Shown: one piece after another, positions 37,416 to 40,220 of the stretch
How the letters are laid out: each line of letters starts with the position of its first letter
Position numbering within the stretch: position 1 is the stretch's first letter
DNA from: a virus
Taxonomy: Duplodnaviria; Caudoviricetes
IMG/VR virus record: IMGVR_UViG_3300030330_005698
Span: 1 to 40,220 of that record
Reading direction: 5' to 3' (one strand)
Length of the DNA stretch: 40,220 nucleotides
The notes under the pieces: generated by a model
What the model was told of the DNA's origin: nothing
Seen by the model: the letters and a program-made list of their open reading frames with translations, nothing else
The model's database searches: none
Translations under genes and position numbers: made by a program

Positions 37416-37424
37416 ATATTTATC
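37416..37424 (+). promoter_or_regulatory. Putative late promoter (ATATTTATC variant) for the scaffold-capsid operon
   Basis: Variant of the recurring motif, located just after the terminator and about 110 nt before the scaffold ATG. Confidence 0.45.
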
Positions 37425-37536
37425 ATATATAATACACTATCAACCTCAAATATAGTGGTCACAATAATTTATATTAATTCTATTATAGTTTTACAATAAC
37501 TATATTTCCTGTAACAAATATTAAAGGAGAACAATT

Positions 37537-38658
37537 ATGGCAAAAAGTGATTTGCTTAAAGAAGCTATTGCGGACGCTAAAGCTGTTCGTGAAACTGCAA
37601 TCGCTAACGCTAAACTTGCTCTTGAAGAAGCTTTTACTCCAAAACTTCAATCTATGTTATCTAAAAAAATCTCAGAAGAGATGGAAGAAGATGACACTGA
37701 CGAAATGGAGGAGACTGTAGGATCTTCTGAAATCGGTAAAGGTGACAATAAAATGCCATCAGCTGACGCATCAGATACATCTGACATTGCGGACGACGTC
37801 GAAACCAAAAAAGAAATGGCCAAAGTTGGCGAAGAAATGGATGAGATGGAAAAGGACGAAATGAAAGATACGGACGAAATGAATGAAATGGAGAAGGACG
37901 AGATGAAGGACACTGATGAAATGAATGAAGCCGAAACCGATGAAATGGAAGAAGACGAAGAGACAGACGAAGTTTACGAAGCAGAAGATAAAGAAGAGGC
38001 TGATGAATTAGCTGAAATTATCAAGGAATTAGAAACTGATGAATTACACGATGATGAGGTTGACTCACCTAGTGATGAAGAAGTTCCTATGGACATGCCT
38101 GCTGATGAAATGGATTCTGAAGAAATGGCTTCTGATGAAATGGCTGACAAGGATGAAATGGCAATGAAAGATGAGATGAAGGACACTGACGAAATGGACG
38201 AGGACATCGACATTCAAGAAGTTATTCGTGCTTTGAAAGAAGACGATGAAACTGACGAAATGGATGAGATGGAGAAGGACGAAATGGAGGAAATGGTACC
38301 TGAATCTAAATTAAGAGAAGCTTATAACACTATTAGTGAAATGAGAAAAACTCTTAATGAAGTAAATCTTCTAAATGCTAAGCTATTATTTTCTAATAAA
38401 TTATTTAGAAGTAATGGTTTATCCGAAGGTCAAAAAATGAAAGTTATCGAAACATTCGATAGAGCAACTAACGTTAGAGAGGTAAAATTAATTTACACTA
38501 CATTAGCTGAGTCTTTCAAAAGCCCAGTTAAAACTAAAAAACGAGTAACCGAAGGATTTGCGTCTAAACCAACAAAAGGTACTAAGTCTTCAAAGACTGT
38601 TATCAGCGAAGGTACGACGTTATCTAATAGGTTTAAGAAATTAGCTAACATTCTATAA
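37537..38658 (+). CDS. Prohead core/scaffolding protein (T4 gp22-like position)
   Basis: Directly upstream of the major capsid gene; very acidic with DEM repeats. N-terminal LLKEAIADAKAVRETAIANAK and C-terminal LNEVNLLNAKLLF. AGGAG at 37525. Confidence 0.8.
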   Translation: MAKSDLLKEAIADAKAVRETAIANAKLALEEAFTPKLQSMLSKKISEEMEEDDTDEMEETVGSSEIGKGDNKMPSADASDTSDIADDVETKKEMAKVGEEMDEMEKDEMKDTDEMNEMEKDEMKDTDEMNEAETDEMEEDEETDEVYEAEDKEEADELAEIIKELETDELHDDEVDSPSDEEVPMDMPADEMDSEEMASDEMADKDEMAMKDEMKDTDEMDEDIDIQEVIRALKEDDETDEMDEMEKDEMEEMVPESKLREAYNTISEMRKTLNEVNLLNAKLLFSNKLFRSNGLSEGQKMKVIETFDRATNVREVKLIYTTLAESFKSPVKTKKRVTEGFASKPTKGTKSSKTVISEGTTLSNRFKKLANIL

Positions 38659-38669
38659 GGAGAAATGAA

Positions 38670-40220
38670 ATGTCAAATATAGGCAACTTATTAAATGAAG
38701 CTGGCACTCAAATGAGAAAGCAACAAGATGCTACTAAACATCTTACTAATAAATGGAACAAAACTGGACTATTAGAGGGTATCGCACACGAGTACGATAA
38801 AACTGGTATGGCTGTTTTACTTGAAAACCAAGCAAGACAACTTATCGATGAAAACTCATCTACTGGTACAACTACTTCATCTGAACAATGGTCAGGTGTA
38901 GCTCTTCCATTAGTTAGAAGAATTTTTAGTGAAATTGCTGCTAAAGATTTTGTAAGTGTTCAGCCAATGAACCTTCCTTCTGGACTAGTATTTTATTTAG
39001 ATTTCAAATACGGTTCAGCAGAAGGAATCAACGATGGTAATAGATTTACCAAAGGTTCCGATATATTCGGAAACACATCTGCATCAGGCGACCCAACTGG
39101 TGGTCTTTACGGTGCAGGAAGATATGGATATTCAATCAAAGATAAATCTGCAACAAGAGCAAGTTTAACATTTGCAACTGCATCTTGGAAAGAAGGTGAC
39201 TTTGATGCGGACTTCTTTTCTGCATCTAGTGCAACTACTGCATTAGTAGCAAAAACTGGAGACGCTCCAATTAAATTAACTAAAGTATCATTTGGTATTG
39301 GTGACTTAAGTAATGTTGACAAATTGTCAGTAAGATCATGGGTGATAACTGGTTCATCTATTGATGCTGCTGATACAGTTGGTCAATTTAACTTCTTAAC
39401 TGATTCAAATGGAAATGAAGTAGTACTTACAGATAACGTTTCAGATAGCGTTGCAGTTTCTGCATCTTTATTTGTTAAATTATCTCCTGGTGCTGGTGGA
39501 GCTTCAAGTTCATTAGGCTTAAATTATAAAGCACAACCTGCTGATAATTCAAGAGGTGACTTTGAAGACACAACTGGTGGTAACCCTGATAAGGATGCTG
39601 CTGGTGATATTCAGATTCCAGAAATTGATGTACAACTAAGAAGTGAAGCTATTGTTGCTAAGACTAGAAAGTTAAAGGCAGTTTGGTCTCCTGAGTTCGC
39701 TCAAGACTTAAATGCTTACCACTCAATTGATGCTGAAGCTGAATTAACTTCTATGTTATCTGAGTATGTTTCTATGGAAATAGACTTAGAAATTTTAGAT
39801 ATGTTAATTCAAAATGCATTAACAGTTGAGTACTGGTCAGCTACAATTGGTGAAACTATCAATGCTGAAGGTACTGCATTTGAAGCTGCATCTAATGCTG
39901 AGGCTTACCAACAAGGTACTTGGTTCCAAACTTTAGGAACTAAGATACAAAAAGTATCAAACAAAATACATCAGAAAACATTAAGAGGTGGCGCAAACTT
40001 CGTAGTATGTTCTCCTGAGGTAGCAACTATTCTAGAATCAATTCCAGGATACGCTGCTGATACTGATGGTACTGCAATGGGTAAAACAGGATTCGCAATG
40101 GGAGTACAAAAAGTAGGTGCATTGAATAACAGATTTACTGTTTACAAAAACCCATACTTCCAAAGAAATGCAATCTTAATGGGATACAGAGGTACTCAGT
40201 TCCTAGAAACAGGTGCTGTA
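38670..40220 (+). CDS. Major capsid protein (T4 gp23-like), 3'-truncated (missing from the ORF track)
   Basis: AGGAG at 38658, ATG at 38670, and the frame is open to the window end. Motifs: MAVLLENQ, LPLVRR, VQPMNLPSGLVF, AKTRKLKAVWSPEFAQDLNAYHSIDAEAELT, RGGANFVVCSPEVA. Confidence 0.97.
   Translation, partial: MSNIGNLLNEAGTQMRKQQDATKHLTNKWNKTGLLEGIAHEYDKTGMAVLLENQARQLIDENSSTGTTTSSEQWSGVALPLVRRIFSEIAAKDFVSVQPMNLPSGLVFYLDFKYGSAEGINDGNRFTKGSDIFGNTSASGDPTGGLYGAGRYGYSIKDKSATRASLTFATASWKEGDFDADFFSASSATTALVAKTGDAPIKLTKVSFGIGDLSNVDKLSVRSWVITGSSIDAADTVGQFNFLTDSNGNEVVLTDNVSDSVAVSASLFVKLSPGAGGASSSLGLNYKAQPADNSRGDFEDTTGGNPDKDAAGDIQIPEIDVQLRSEAIVAKTRKLKAVWSPEFAQDLNAYHSIDAEAELTSMLSEYVSMEIDLEILDMLIQNALTVEYWSATIGETINAEGTAFEAASNAEAYQQGTWFQTLGTKIQKVSNKIHQKTLRGGANFVVCSPEVATILESIPGYAADTDGTAMGKTGFAMGVQKVGALNNRFTVYKNPYFQRNAILMGYRGTQFLETGAV

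Larger units (their letters stand above)
1..40220 (+). mobile_element. Segment of a large T4-like tailed phage genome (structural/late region with a replication islet)
   Basis: Genes run TerL, portal, prohead protease, scaffold, major capsid with T4 gp17/20/21/22/23-type motifs. Coding is dense and on one strand. No integrase or bacterial housekeeping context is seen. Confidence 0.95.

Noticed and set aside
37341-37536. tRNA or known ncRNA in the largest intergenic gap
   Set aside because: Very AT-rich, with no cloverleaf or T-loop (GTTC) signature; only short hairpins.
430-39322. Numerous minus-strand and short alternative-frame ORFs in the ORF track (e.g. 14773..15432, 17255..17737, 9881..10324)
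   Set aside because: They lie within or largely overlap long + strand genes, lack recognisable motifs and RBSs, and are the expected antisense shadows of biased codon usage.
1-40220. Alternative genetic code (stop-codon reassignment) as seen in some large phages
   Set aside because: Conserved genes are full length in code 11, and TAA, TAG and TGA all end genes right before the next start.

Overview
This AT-rich 40 kb window is a fragment of a large T4-like (myovirus-type) phage genome; every credible gene lies on the + strand. In order it holds: a 5'-truncated baseplate-wedge-like gene and three baseplate/tail-collar-like genes; a replication/recombination islet (T7-type endonuclease I, DNA primase, single-chain Mre11-Rad50/SbcD-SbcC fusion); long Ser/Gly/Thr-rich tail or fibre genes, one with a peptidase S74 chaperone; a GAMT/Rmt2-like methyltransferase; and an 809-aa nucleotidyltransferase plus ligase-like multidomain protein. 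These are followed by several small basic proteins, a holin and the T4-type head module: TerL, portal, prohead protease, phage ribosomal protein bS21, scaffold and a 3'-truncated major capsid protein. The most interesting signals are: (1) an [S/T]-[G/A/S]-S tripeptide strongly concentrated in predicted virion-exterior proteins, a candidate modification sequon; (2) an SD-less bS21 gene among late genes with strong AGGAG sites, a candidate ribosome-reprogramming switch; (3) putative capsid-packaged polyproteins punctuated by I/L-x-E protease sites; (4) a late-promoter-like ATATTTATA motif; and (5) strong GATC avoidance. All calls come from motif recognition by eye; no database searches were run.
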